From assembly GCA_022813965.1 (NCBI GenBank), contig JALDZS010000034.1:1-64000 (forward strand): a DNA stretch of 64,000 nucleotides, written 5' to 3'. Positions 50,817-63,981 of this stretch are shown here, in pieces; positions within the stretch are counted from its first letter, which is position 1, and every line of letters starts with the position of its first letter. Below the pieces are notes generated by a model that saw nothing but the letters and a program-made list of their open reading frames with translations, made no database searches and was not told the DNA's origin. The stretch is from Toensbergia leucococca. Taxonomy: Eukaryota. A program made the position numbers and the translations under genes.

Positions 50817-51158
50817 TTAGGAACCAGACCTTCGTCTCTCAAACCCGCTGAACCCTTTTCGTGGAATCCACGGAATATCCTCACCGTGTTTATTTCTCCA
50901 TCGTCTTTCCCTAATTTGTCTCATGGCATTTTGGCTAAGGTCGGTGAAGGGACTCCAGTCCGGATTGGTTTCAACCAGGACTTCGTGGCGGAGGCAAGCA
51001 GGACACTTGGTAGCTAGCCTGGCTATGCCGCATGCTTGGCTGTTCCAACAGCCGTGTTTTAGATCATGCTGGCCGTTTACAGCGGGGCAGGGTGAATGGT
51101 TCTGTCTGCTACCCCAGTGTTGGCACGGGACATGGAAGGTCTCCTCGATGAGGCACAT
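50817..51158 (-). CDS. Small Cys/His-rich hypothetical protein (MC..CxH..CxxC type)
   Basis: 113-aa ATG ORF MCLIEETFHVPCQHWG..CP..GC..KCPAC. Confidence 0.6.
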   Translation of the reverse strand: MCLIEETFHVPCQHWGSRQNHSPCPAVNGQHDLKHGCWNSQACGIARLATKCPACLRHEVLVETNPDWSPFTDLSQNAMRQIRERRWRNKHGEDIPWIPRKGFSGFERRRSGS

Positions 51159-53885
51159 GCCAATAGCTATCTGTCTAGTAAGCTTGTTCTTGGTCTCGTC
51201 TTCTTATATGAAGGGCGTCTAGAATTCTTGCAAACATTTGATGAATCTTCTGCTTATCTTTCTACTATCCAAAGCTGATTTGGATGATTGTGGAAGTGGG
51301 CGTGGAAGACTTCTATTCTACAGCTGCTTTCTTGCAGTATGACAGGATCATATCCCTAGGTCCTTTTCTTGTTGTTCTTTGCTGTTGTTATCGCTTTAGT
51401 AAACGTTTCTCTGCGCTGGCGGATTGAGTCCACAAACAAGCGCTCTCGATCGTTATATGCGTTACGGCTTTCGTCACGTTGATGAACAAGACCTTTGTGC
51501 TACCGGTTGTTAAGGTAGGTAAATCGCCTTTCTTGATATATATACTTCTTCCTGGTGTTTGCGCGAATGAACAATCTTTTTGCTGGTTGTTGTCCAGCAT
51601 TGTACAGACTCTCTGTTCCCAACATCGGTTTGTCTCTTGGATCTATGGGTACAGCTATCACTTCTCTCATTGCTACTTCCAAGAGACAGAAATGAGCCTT
51701 GACATTGTTCCAAGATAACTCCTAGGCTCTTCCGAAGCATGCAGTTTTGCGAAAGAGGGCACGTCCTTTCAAAAGTGAGCGTCAAGAACGTTGAAGATCT
51801 AGGTATTGGTAGTGACTATACAATGTCATGTTCTATGGAAGTCTTTATTCTCGGAAGGGTGCTGCTCTGCATTGCTTTAGGTCTTACGCGAGGCAATCTC
51901 TATGAAATGCGATGCATGGCATTATAATAACAACACACCGGCCCATCGGGCCATCACTCCTATGAAGACAAACGATGTCCACGGCCAATGAAGTAACAGC
52001 ACCTGGCAACATATTGGCCTTGTCTTGCAGGCTTCAGAGCGTGGAACAAACATCATCAAAGGTCACGTGCCTAGTCTCGTGCAGGAAGGACTCTTGATCC
52101 TCGATATATTCAAAGAACTACACTGGAAACCGTGGAATATCTAGTAATCAGGCATTCTGAAGCTATATGCATGCAATCGCACTGCTGTGAAGAACACCTC
52201 TCCACCATTAGTGCATCGCCGTTTGACAGTCACGGGTCCTAGAAGTGCATCCTCTGTTCGGACAGTCTTGATTATTTTTGATCGATGGAATCCATGGAGA
52301 CTCATACTCATCAATACCTTCAAGACGGACCAGGAAGTGAGTCACTTTTGTAATGATCCTTAATGGCCTCATCAGACTACTACTATCCTACTCGTACTAC
52401 TCGTGTACAATCTGGTTTGTAAGGTGTTTTCTAGGTACTCATCCAGAGGAGTCTCAGGTACATATTCTAACCTACCCTCGTCTCATTCTCCCTGTCTGTC
52501 CCATCATCAGTGCTACTGTCAAATACTTGAATCACATCATCTGCTCTGTTCTCTGAAGTCTCTTTCTCCTCCATGATGGATGCAATTTCGAAAGCAACCG
52601 CCTCTTCTGATCTCCGTTGGCTGAAACTATGTTGACCAAAGAGACTGTAATCAATGCTGCACAGACAGATGACAAGACAGCAAGAAGAATTGACACTTTT
52701 ATGAGTGAATAGGTAAGAAGATTGATTGTAGGTAGGTAGTAATTGTGCTGATTTTTCTCAATATTTGATAGAGGGATTGCCAAGATATGACTCAGACGTA
52801 AGATATTACTAGGTACACGACAAGGTCCTGATTGACCAATAGACGACAAAAGGCGATTTTGCTATAGTATACGATTGACAGCATCCACGCTCGCCATGCT
52901 AGTATGACCTCAATGATTAATTGGTTATCGTCATGGACGTACGAGTACGAGTTTGTACCAGCACAGCCTTTAACCCTCTTCAATGCGGACTGAACTCCGA
53001 GCAAAGCCTTCGACCAATTGTGGATGTGCGATATCTACCCGCACGTCAAAGTCTGGAGTCTAGAACAAGTGTGAGAGCCAAATAAGAAAAAGTTGCGATC
53101 AATCTGAGCGTGATATCTCGGAGGCACATGGCCTTCAGTACTGATCTGAAGCACGACGCTGGAAATAATCGCATCGTGCATGAAGATGCCGTTGGTGGCA
53201 AAGCACTTAGAAGCGGCAAGGATGGAATTCCATCGTTATCGTGAAAGTGTGGGGAAAGCTTGCAATTGACTAATGGTGTCATTCTTGATCCTAGTCCTAG
53301 TCTCCTAAATAAGGGGCTAGGCACAAGGATACGATAAGTACGGAGTAATAAGCCAATGAATTATTTCTTATCTCTGCGTTATGATGGCAATCATCGACTT
53401 TGCTGTCATTTTTGTAGATGAGGGCGAGGGCCGTTGTAGCAATGAGAATGAGTCCATGAGGCCTATTCTAGACGCGGGTGACGTTGCTTGATGGGTGATG
53501 GCATCAGAGGTCCGCGGATGTCGATTCCCGTCTCTCGTTAATCTCTCATCAGATAATGAATTTGTCCAGTGATTGGTTAAGGAATTGTCATTCATTTCCA
53601 GTGATATGACAGCATTACAGTGTAGAAGTTGGTAGGTGGTAGGTCGCGGCCGACAGGCAGTAGAATACGGAGTACGGATAGATACCAGCAAGCTTCTTTA
53701 GATTCGCACCGCCCGCGCAAGCCACGTTCTTGGCACTCTCGCACCCTTGATAGTTTCATAAACCCCCAACATTGAACTTCCACATTCTTCAACCCACTTC
53801 CACCTCGATTCAAAAGAACATTCTGTGATCACTTCTATCATTGTCACTTTGAATCTCATCCATCTCGAAAAAAGACCTCATAAAC

Positions 53886-55441
53886 ATGGTGAGTAGCAGC
53901 AGAGCAGCCAAAGTTGAGAGCTAATAACATGGCCTAGGCCGAATCAACAACCATATCCTACACGGCAAATGTAAGTCTACAGCCTGTCCTTCGACTAGTG
54001 ACATCGCAGCTAACACTCTCCCCAAAGCTCATGAAATACATGAAACTTGACCAAAAGGGATCTGTGCTAGCTGAATACATTTGGATTGATGGCAGTAATG
54101 GCGTTCGCTCCAAGACAAAGGTTCGTATACTTTCTATCACCCTTCAAACCTCTCACCAGCCCGCTCCTGCAACACCAAACTTCCAGCATGTTGGGCCTCA
54201 ACACGCAGTGGCTGTCTTTTCGTGTAGAAGACCGGCTTATCGGTTGCACGATAAGCCACAATGCCGCAACCTAAGACATGCAGAACATCCAATAGCTTCA
54301 GACGCCTTGTCGCATAGCTGCTAATTTTAGCCTTCTATCTCTGCTAGACATTACCCGGCCCAGTCAAAGGCCCCGAAGAACTCTCTGAATGGAATTTTGA
54401 CGGCTCTTCCACTGGACAAGCTCCCGGTGATAACTCAGATGTCTACATCCGACCTGTCACGATATTTCCCGACCCATTCCGTGGGGGTGACAACATCCTT
54501 GTCTTATGCGAGACCTGGGACCCGGATGGAAGCCCCAACAAATTCAATTACCGACATGAGGCGAAGCGGCTGATGGAAGCTAATGCCAAGCATAAGCCTT
54601 GGTTCGGTCTTGAACAGGAATATACGCTTCTTGGTCCAGATGGATGGCCTTATGGATGGCCAAAAAATGGATTCCCTGGCCCTCAGGGCCCATATTACTG
54701 TGGTGTCGGGACTGGAAAGGTCTACTGCAGGGATATTGTTGAGGCTCATTACAAGGCTTGCATATATGCCGGTATTAAGATTGCAGGTATCAACGCTGAG
54801 GTTATGCCTGCCCAATGGGAATTCCAAGTTGGACCTTGTGAGGGTATCGAACGTATGTGTGACTTGATATGAGTCTATATGTTCTGGAGCTGGAAGCTGA
54901 CCTTGTTGGGGCAGTGGGCGACCACCTTTGGATGGCTCGTTTCTTACTTCACCGTGTGGCCGAGGAATTTGGTGCCAAAATTACGTTTGCTCCTAAGCCT
55001 ATCCCTGGTGATTGGAATGGTGCGGGTCTTCATAGCAATTGTTCCACTGAAGAGATGCGCAAGGAGGGTGGGATGAAGCATATCGAGGCAGCTATGAAGA
55101 AACTTGAGCAACGCCATGAAGATCACATCCTCGTATACGGGGAGGGCAATCGCGAGCGATTGACTGGGCAGCATGAGACTGGAAACATCGACAAATTTAC
55201 CTGGGGTGTTGCCGATCGTGGTTCCAGCATTCGAATTCCAAGACAATGTGCGGCAGAAGGTAAAGGATACTTTGAGGATCGAAGACCAGCTAGCAACGCA
55301 GACCCATACCAAATCACTGGCATCACCATTGAGACTGTAAGTCCTTGAGATTCACTAGCCGTACATTGTCTGAATAATTACTAATTCTTCATACTGCAGC
55401 TATTCGGCGGTTTACCTGATGGGGAATCATTTGCAAAGTAG
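53886..55441 (+). CDS. GLN1: Glutamine synthetase (GSII)
   Basis: ATG-only first coding exon; [13 protein letters not shown]|, [67 protein letters not shown]. Confidence 0.97.
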
Positions 55442-56002
55442 ATAGCAATGGGGCGATTCAAGGGAGAAGCAGGCCCGTGACCCCGTGTCGAGTTCTCTTT
55501 GCGAGTTCAGTATCTCTTGTATTGCTTTCTTACCGAGACCGATCTCAACGAGAATGATTGTCATTCTGCAAGATCTCTTGGGAGCGTATGGACATTGGTA
55601 GCTAGTTCCTCTTAAATTGCAGCGAGTGGAGACTGTGGAGTCTCAAACCAAAAAGCCCATGATACACATGTGAATTATTACGTGGTTGTCACACCGTCCA
55701 TCTTTTCGACTGGTGGACCAGATTTTCTGATCATGTCTTGCAGTGATCTCACCTCGTGTAGCTCCCAGGCGCGTTGCTCCCAAATCCCAATATGTCGCGT
55801 GCCTCACATTTCGCTACTCCATACTGTTGACTGTCGTTCAACACTTCACTCCATTATGATAAATCTGCTTCACCGCCTTCCATGTCGCAGGTCTTGGACT
55901 TTACCAGTATCTAGACCTCTGCCGATGAATGTCACCCATCACACCATATCATGAACCCATGACAATTCCACCGAATCCCCACATTACTCCTACAATCGAA
56001 AA

Positions 56003-56540
56003 ATGCCACCATCCCATCAACCCCCAAATATCTGGACCCAGGTACCTAACCCCGTTCCCCAGAAACCCAACCTTCCCCTCTCCTCCCTCTTCTCCCGCAC
56101 CCCCCCCCCCGGGCCCAAAACCCTCGTCCAGCTAACCACCCAGAAACCTCCAGATGGACTACCCACCACCCCGCGGCCCCTGCGCCCACAAGAATTCCTT
56201 CATGACCCCCAACTGCGCCTGCCTGCGCTTCATGATCCACCCCGTCAAAGCCAGCAGCAGTTTCGAGTGCGACGGGTGTGGACATCATGCCAGTTTTCAC
56301 AAGATGGAGAATCTGCGCGAGGAGGAAGTTGTGAGGGGGTGGAAAGAGCAGCAAGAGACTAAGAGGGGTGGAGTGGGGGGTGAGGTTCTGGTGTTGGAGG
56401 GGAGGAAGAGGAGGAGGGTTGCTGGGAGGGAGGGTGAGGGGAGAGATGGAGGTGCGGTGGAGGGACGGGAGGCGGGGAAGGTGGCGGCGGGGCATGTGAA
56501 GGAGTTTACTGCGATGATGGGGTGGAGGGGGGGTACTTGA
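56003..56540 (+). CDS. Small hypothetical protein with Cys/His (probable zinc-binding) motif
   Basis: RGPCAHK..CACLRFMIHP..FECDGCGHHASFH. An upstream exon 56003-56041 splices in frame to 56154; start may instead be 56154. Confidence 0.7.
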
Positions 56541-57770
56541 GCTGTTGGGGGGATGGTCCGCCTAGGGGGATACCGTGGGGTTTTTCATTGGGTTGGTGGC
56601 GGCGAGGTATGGAGAGCTTTTTTCATTGGTGAAGCTTGGACATATTTTCACTTTCTCCTAATTTCACTTTCCTTGAAGTCGAAGCTCGCCTCTACCGATA
56701 GGATTGGGAATGTGTCTCTCGTTCCCTACCCTATTTATTCCACGGACATTGCTTCCATCGAGCCCGAACTGCCCATTTTAAACCCGTTCATAGGTATGGA
56801 CCATCTAGCTGACCCTTTTCACAGCCCCTTCAGTCCTTTGCGTCTCGTGTCGCTGATTATAAGAACTGGACACCAGACCCTCGTTCCATCACCTCTACCT
56901 TTCCTTCCTAATCCTCCCAGGAAACCCAAGGGACGGTCCTCAAAAGAACAAATTACAAGAATAAAGCGATACCCACCCCCTCTGACTCCTTATAAACCTC
57001 CCAGACCAACAATCCCGCATCCCCCCCCAAAAAAAAAGAAAAAGAAAAAAAAAAAAAAACATCTCTTCCATCCCCCTCCCACACAGACCTGAAACCAACC
57101 CTCTCCAATCGCACCTAGCGTCCCCAAAAGCCACAACTTTTTTCTGGGTGGCAGCCCTTCGTGCATCTTTTCTCTCCTTGACTGCAAATATGTCGATTTG
57201 GATCTCTCTCCCCCTTTTTTCTCGGGACGGGTGCGTGCGGCTGAAGGATTTGTGATGGGAGGAGTGGAGTGGAGTGGAAAGAAAGACAGAAGGGGAGTTT
57301 TTCTAGGGATGGGTGGTGTGGATGGGGTTTGGGTTGGGAGATGTTGGTTTTGGTGCCGAGGGTAGTGGGATAGAGTGGGTGGTTTTGTGGGGGGTGAGTT
57401 GCGGGGGGTGGGGGTGTTCTGGGGGGGTTTCTTTTTTTTTTTGGAAGGCGGGATGGGGGGGAGGGGTGTCTGTGGTTGAGTGGAAAGCTGTTGGATGTGG
57501 GGGGGGCCAGATTGGTTATGGGTGAGTAGACGGGGAGTTAAGAAGGTGATTGTTTTTTCTTGTTTCACGAGAAAGGGGTTCTGAGGATGGTCAGTGACTT
57601 TTTGGGGGGGAGGTTTTTTTTTATCAAAAATGGCAGGGTTGTGTTCAAACAAGTATTCGGCTTCTTATGTCTCTATCATTTCTGGTCGCTCTAGATACTC
57701 ACGTCTCTCACACAGTTTTTTTCCTCGAGAAGACAGTGCGTGAATGTGCCAGATGTCGGTCTGGTCCCTA

Positions 57771-58070
57771 TCAGAGCAGTCCTTCATCCTCCTTTTCTCC
57801 ATACTCCTTCTCTCCATCCTCCTTCTCTCCATCTTTTGTCTTCTGATCCTCGATAACCTGCTGGTCACGCAGCTTCTGCTCCTTTTTCTGCTTCCGATTT
57901 GCCCTATCTCTGGTACTCTTAGCACGGATATGGGCAGCAGCACAGCTCTCGCACAAACCCGTGATGGAAATTTCGTTCTGTTGCACTTCACAGTCTGGGT
58001 AAAGGGGGCACAGATCAGCTACCACGACCACGTGTGAGCAGCTGTAGGTGGAGCATTCTTTGATACACAT
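57771..58070 (-). CDS. Small Cys/His-rich hypothetical protein with charged tail
   Basis: MCIKECSTYSCSH..LC..DC..LCESC then a Lys/Glu tail with a 15-bp repeat (GEKED/GEKEY/GEKED). Confidence 0.55.
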   Translation of the reverse strand: MCIKECSTYSCSHVVVVADLCPLYPDCEVQQNEISITGLCESCAAAHIRAKSTRDRANRKQKKEQKLRDQQVIEDQKTKDGEKEDGEKEYGEKEDEGLL

Positions 58071-58785
58071 TTTTGGTGTGTGAGGGAGGTATGAAAGAGC
58101 TGGATGTTGGAGGTGGATGTTGGGGGTTCTTGCCTTGGAAGCAGCAGGAGGGAGTTTGTGTGGTTGGTGATGGTGGTCTTGATGGAAAGAAGCAGAGAGA
58201 GAATTTACGTATATAGGTTGTTGAGCACCGAGAGTGTTGTCAAAGTTGATCGACAAATGGTTTGTCTGCAGTGAAGAAGACATTGTGGGGTGGCACAATG
58301 ACTCTCTCCACAGTGGACCGTTGTGAAAGAATAGCGAACTGTGACCTGTCGAGATCGACACTAGTTCACTCACAATCGAACTTTGGGAGACGGAGTTGAC
58401 GGGCGATATGATGTGAGAAGACGAGATGATGTTAATCAATCCCACAATATTTTGTCCACGACAATTGAACTCTTCTTGAATGAACAGACAGTGAGCAGTG
58501 GACCATCGAGGACATAGATAGATAGCTCACATTGGGCCTTTTGTCGATGTCGTCAAACATTGAGCTGCTTTAGGAGGATAGAAACAGCAAAAAGGAACAA
58601 TGGCATTGTTCTTACTTGGGTTCAGGGGTATATAATGAAAGCACTTTCTCTTGAATATTCTCACGGTCAAATCTATCATTTCGGCGTCTCCTTTCGGAGC
58701 CAGTGACTCTTTTGGAGTCTGTAACTCTTGGATATCCACATCATAACTTTCCTTCTCAGAGTTCGGCAACTCTGAAGCTTTCAAT

Positions 58786-59748
58786 ATGTTCGTCAAGCCT
58801 ATCAGCTCTTTCATTCTAAGTGTACTTTTGACTTTCAGGTCACTATGCATCCTCAGCGTACTACTTATTTTCGGTCTCCTTGTCGTCGGCATCCATCTTA
58901 ATTTCAAGGTCGGGGAGGAAAAGCCTGCTACCCGGCCCTGGAAGCGCAGTATTCTGGATTTTCCACCACATATAAGGATGAATATCCTCCGACACCTTCT
59001 GGTTTCCGAATCATCCAAAATGGTTGATCACAAATTATCCATCATCATTGATCGTAATCGGATAATCTGGCCTCTTCTGAAGATCTATCTTGGTCCATGT
59101 GTGGTCCAACCACGAATCCATATGCTGGCCGTCCTCCAGTCATGTCGGATACTATACCGTGAAGGCGCCCAAGTCTTCTACGGCGAGAATCAGTTCGTCG
59201 CAGACAATGTCTTTAATTTGTGGGACTACACTGACGTCCTATCAGCTTATGCTCGAGCACGGATCCGAAAAGTCATCATCTTAAAGGACTGTCTTGAAAT
59301 ATTCCCACCCAAAACCTCAAGATATCATGAGATATTGCGGCGTCGAATCCCCATGGATCGATGGAATCAAACCGATGCCGAGGAAGCTCTGCAAGTCACC
59401 ATGTCTCGATTACGCAAAGTCACCCATTTAACATTTCATCTTCCATGGAAAGTTAGACCCTCTGTGATGGTATATCGTGGTATCCTTGAACTGTGCCGTT
59501 CAGCCTACTTCGTGGAATCGATCGAAATTGAAAGGCCTTTCTACTATGAGTGGTGCCGTTACGGAGGCCCTATCTTCCTGTCACATGCCAATAGGAGACG
59601 TCTGTTAAGAGATGCGCAGGAGACGGAGAAGATCAACAAAGAATTGCAATCTAGAGTGCAGGAAAAGCGCGCCGCGCAAGCGAGCGACCTTATCCTCCAT
59701 TTCAAGACGACTAAATATCTCGAGGAGCGAAGGGCAATTGCAGAATGA
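58786..59748 (+). CDS. Hypothetical protein with F-box-like segment
   Basis: 320-aa ORF; SILDFPPHIRMNILRHLL (F-box-like) and LAVLQSCRILYREGAQVFYGENQF, typical of expanded fungal F-box-like families. Confidence 0.7.
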   Translation: MFVKPISSFILSVLLTFRSLCILSVLLIFGLLVVGIHLNFKVGEEKPATRPWKRSILDFPPHIRMNILRHLLVSESSKMVDHKLSIIIDRNRIIWPLLKIYLGPCVVQPRIHMLAVLQSCRILYREGAQVFYGENQFVADNVFNLWDYTDVLSAYARARIRKVIILKDCLEIFPPKTSRYHEILRRRIPMDRWNQTDAEEALQVTMSRLRKVTHLTFHLPWKVRPSVMVYRGILELCRSAYFVESIEIERPFYYEWCRYGGPIFLSHANRRRLLRDAQETEKINKELQSRVQEKRAAQASDLILHFKTTKYLEERRAIAE

Positions 59749-61045
59749 TTGCGGTTAATCGGACGTTCAAAGATCCTGTGGCGAGAATCGGCACCAAGTC
59801 AGAGATTGGGTACCTAGGTCATGTAGTACTCTAGATCGATTCTTGAAGTGAGCGAGGTTCCAAGGAGTGTTTGCATTTTTTAGCGTGCGAAGTAATGTAA
59901 TCCTAGAAGACAGCATAATTAAAACATAAGTAAAAATGCCTGGAAATAGATTTATTCTGCATAATTTGATTGGTATTCAGTAAGAGGTTTCTTGACGCCT
60001 GTGGCTAGAAGGACTGGTTGAATCTGGTGTGAATGTACATGCTTAGTTGTGTGAAATGACAGTAATGATATAATGTAGCCACATTGAAACACTACTGAAT
60101 CAGTATGCACCCACCACTACTTACTTTGAAGATGAGCTATAGGTAGGTCCACGTGAAAAATACCCTATATAAAGGATTAATCTTGACACTAGACCTAAGA
60201 AAGCATGTTATCATGAAGTTTCATAACGAGGATAATTTATGGAGGCAGGGCACACTCAAGAGTGCCTGAGGAAATCTCTCAGTAGAATAGAAGGACAACA
60301 GGTCTTGAAGAGCTTGAGTTGATTGAATGCCCGCGGTCCAACTTGAGAGGAGCAGGCATTTTCTATGGTGAAGTTGTATATGAAACATGAATAAGAAATG
60401 AACGGACCTCATCATGATTTGGCTCGTCCATCAGCCGACAGCTCCTTGTATGAGAGGGCTCCCATTGTCAAACCTATCAGGCGGCAAGTTCTGCACCTCT
60501 CCAATAACAAGGACTCAAAGAAGCAACTCACTGCAGGGATTACATTTGAGAAGTTACCCCAGGAGATAGTACTGCATGTCATGACGCCTGAGAATTTGAC
60601 AGACTTTCATGAGTAGAATGGGCCGATGAAAGACACTGGAAAACGGAAAACTTTCTGCTGTAACAGGGTATGCAGTACTTTTGTTTGAGAATGGATTGGG
60701 GAGAAGAGCGGAGAGACAAAGCACGTATCTACCCACAGTCCACAGGTGCCATGTTACTCCTCATAGTGACAATTGTTTTCCGAATTGTGAAAGTAATGAA
60801 AGTACTCCGTGATGCTGAGCTTGAAAAGGTATTTTACAGTATTCTATTCAAGAAGTGCTCAGTCGCGATAAATTTCATATTTTGTGATCATCACGTCTTC
60901 CCGGAACGCCTTCTCCCCATCTGATTATTTTAAACATCAGCCCTAATCCCAAACAAAGTCCATTCCTCCACAATGGCATCTTTGGCGTGATCAAGCATCT
61001 CTGTACGAGACCATTCACTATTTCCTCCCCTCAATCTTTCCGAGC

Positions 61046-62390
61046 ATGGCTGAAACCCTCCACAATGCTCCGATAGTCATAGACAATGGTAGTGGAACAA
61101 TCAGAGCCGGCTTTGCGGGCGAGGATGAACCCAAATGCTATTTTCCTTCCTTTGTTGGAAGGCCGAAACACCTCAGAGTCATGGCTGGAGCGCTGGAAGG
61201 CGATGTTTTTATTGGGAACAGGGCACAAGAGTTGAGGGGGCTTCTGAAGATACGATATCCTCTAGAGCATGGCATAGTGACCGATTGGGATGATATGGAG
61301 AAAATCTGGCAGTACGTCTACACAGAGGGCTTGAAGACGTTAAGTGAAGAGGTTAGGCATCTGAGTCTCCCCTATGACTACATCCATTCTCCACAAGCTG
61401 CTCAAGCAAAAACTTAATTGACTGACATGATCTCTGATGGGTTGACAGCATCCCGTATTGTTGACTGAAGCCCCTTTGAATCCACGGGACAATCGGGATA
61501 CAGCCGCCCAGATACTTTTTGAGACCTTCAACGTACCCGCACTCTTCACATCCATCCAAGCTGTTCTGTCTCTCTATGCCTCCGGCCGAACAACAGGGAT
61601 AGTCCTCGACTCAGGCGACGGCGTATCTCACGCGGTCCCCGTGTACGAGGGTTTTGCAATGCCTAGCAGAATACGAAGGATAGATGTTGCAGGGAGGGAC
61701 GTTACGGAGTATTTGCAACTTTTACTACGGAAAGGTGGTTACGTGTTCCATACTAGTGCGGAGAAAGAGGTGGTCAGGATGATCAAAGAGAAGGTGGGCT
61801 ATGTGGCTTTAGACCCAAAGAAAGAGGAAAACATGTTGTTGCCAAGTATAAAGGGATTGCAACTCAATACCGTAGAATTTGTATTACCGGACGGCAATAA
61901 AATCAGAGTGCGTTGCAACTGACATCTTTTCTGGGTGCCGCTGATCCGAATATTTAGGTTGGACCTGAGAGATTTCGAGCTCCTGAGATCTTATTCGATC
62001 CCGAAATCATAGGATTGGAATATCCTGGCATTCATCAGATTGTTGTCGACGCCATAAATCGCACTGACTTGGACCTCCGAAAGGCCTTGTATGGTAATAT
62101 TGTATTATCTGGAGGATCGACACTTACCAAAGGTTTCTGCGATAGATTATTGCATGAAGTGCAACGGGTAGCCATTAAAGATACGCGGATTAAGATATTC
62201 GCTCCTCAAGAACGAATTTACAGCACCTGGATTGGGGGAAGTATTCTGGCAGGCCTTAGTACTTTTCGAAAGGTCAGCACAAATCACATTCTCCTATACT
62301 TTGAGAAGCTGACACATTCCTTTCTAGATGTGGGTTAGCATTGACGATTGGCATGAGAACCCTGATATTATACACACTAAATTCACTTGA
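61046..62390 (+). CDS. ARP1: Centractin / actin-related protein 1 (dynactin), 4 exons
   Basis: [78 protein letters not shown]. Confidence 0.95.
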
Positions 62391-63525
62391 CCGTTTTATG
62401 AAGACACTTTGGTCACGAGTGAACCATCCAAGGATCTTTCACATCACATTCTACCATGTTTTACCACGAGAGAGGAAACTTGCCGCGGAACAAGGCTCTT
62501 AGCGTGAGGAGTAAGGATTATGATGAGGAGATACCCAAAATAGCATCAGGTTCTAGGACTTGTTTGGTTCCCCAGTCATGCATCCAGGCCGCTCTGTCTA
62601 TCCCATGACAGATGGTACCTGTACTCGGTCGGTGGTGAAGTCGAGGAAGTGCGACAAGCCACCTGTCTAGCTGCTTAAATGATAAATCGGTGCACCACTA
62701 CCTGCCAAGTTCGATGTTGATGGTGCGCTTGGGGGGAGGAGGCCAGATCCCGACCGAGGATATGTTGCAAAGTGGAGTCTCTACCTTGCAAACTATTTCG
62801 AGGGGATGGGCTGCACCGACGGAGCACAGCATACCTCATGAGTTCAGTTCATAGCCGGTCATATTGTCACAATGTCAAAGTCTTCAGACCCATTGGATTG
62901 CTATTTACCCCATCAAATCATGCTCAATATGCCAAGCATGCGGTTCAGCACGCAATCGGCCATGTCAATCCATCACGAAAAGTTGTCTGCAAGCTTGTTT
63001 CGTGAGTCTGTGATTCGACTGGATATTGGTGTTTCTATTAGGTAAGTTTACGTCCCTCGGTCCTTAACCAGGAAATCATCGGCAATAGCGGCGCTCGTCA
63101 TCATTGGAAGAATGATATGGAAATGCAGAGCAAGTCGTGGAATCTTAGTCAAGATTGCCGCTGCTTTTAAATACCGCCGGCATTTTCAGCTTTTTATTTC
63201 CATCGTGCCATCCTGCGCCTCATCTACCCTTTAAAGTGCAAATCTCATCTCACTGGCCAATGTCGTATGATGTGGATGTGTCCGTGACCACAGAGCTTTC
63301 AAAGACTTCTGTTAGCGATATAGTATGTTGCATCGTGAGACAATTCCTCGGACGGTGGAGAGTTTTACTTATTGAATATATAAACCAATACTTCATCACT
63401 GACCACGTCCACACTTATACAAAAGCATATTCTAGCATCCATACCCGAATAATACGCTATTACATTTTCTATTCAATACAATTCAGCTGCAAGACAATCA
63501 ATCTTACGCCTCACATTGCAAAAGC

Positions 63526-63981
63526 ATGCCTCTACACCCGACGTCAGCCCACCCCTCCGTCCCTCAAACTACCCACATCCACTCAGGTCGTGGCGGTGCC
63601 GGCAACACTACTCGCCTCGCCCCTGCCCCTACTTTCCCTCCTCCTACCCCCACCCTCCCCCATTCTCCACCATCATCCACCTACCTACGTACCGGTCGTG
63701 GTGGCGTCGGCAATATCCATCCTTCATCCGAGCACACTCTGTTCAGTTTCGACGAGGAACTCCAACGTCAGCAGCGGGTCCGTGTGCCGGTATATCATGT
63801 TGGGAGGGGCGGTGCAGGAAACATGGTTGATGAAAGGAGTGAGAGTCTCGCGGGAAGGCAGGGGAGTGTAGCGAGTGCGGGATCGAGTATTAGAAGCGAG
63901 GGAAGCGGAACTGGGAGGGGGGGAAAGAGTCTGGAATGGGTGAAGGGGGTTGTGGAAAGAGGAATGGGAAACAGAGACTAG
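63526..63981 (+). CDS. DUF3602-type protein (GRGGAGN repeats)
   Basis: HSGRGGAGN, TGRGGVGN and VGRGGAGN motifs in a 151-aa ORF. Confidence 0.8.
   Translation: MPLHPTSAHPSVPQTTHIHSGRGGAGNTTRLAPAPTFPPPTPTLPHSPPSSTYLRTGRGGVGNIHPSSEHTLFSFDEELQRQQRVRVPVYHVGRGGAGNMVDERSESLAGRQGSVASAGSSIRSEGSGTGRGGKSLEWVKGVVERGMGNRD

Noticed and set aside
51400..53700. Many short ORFs upstream of GLN1
   Set aside because: No motifs or coherent splicing pattern; treated as intergenic or promoter DNA.
60398..60616. FEKLPQEIVLHVM F-box-like fragment
   Set aside because: Isolated 72-aa ORF; may be a relic but the evidence is insufficient.
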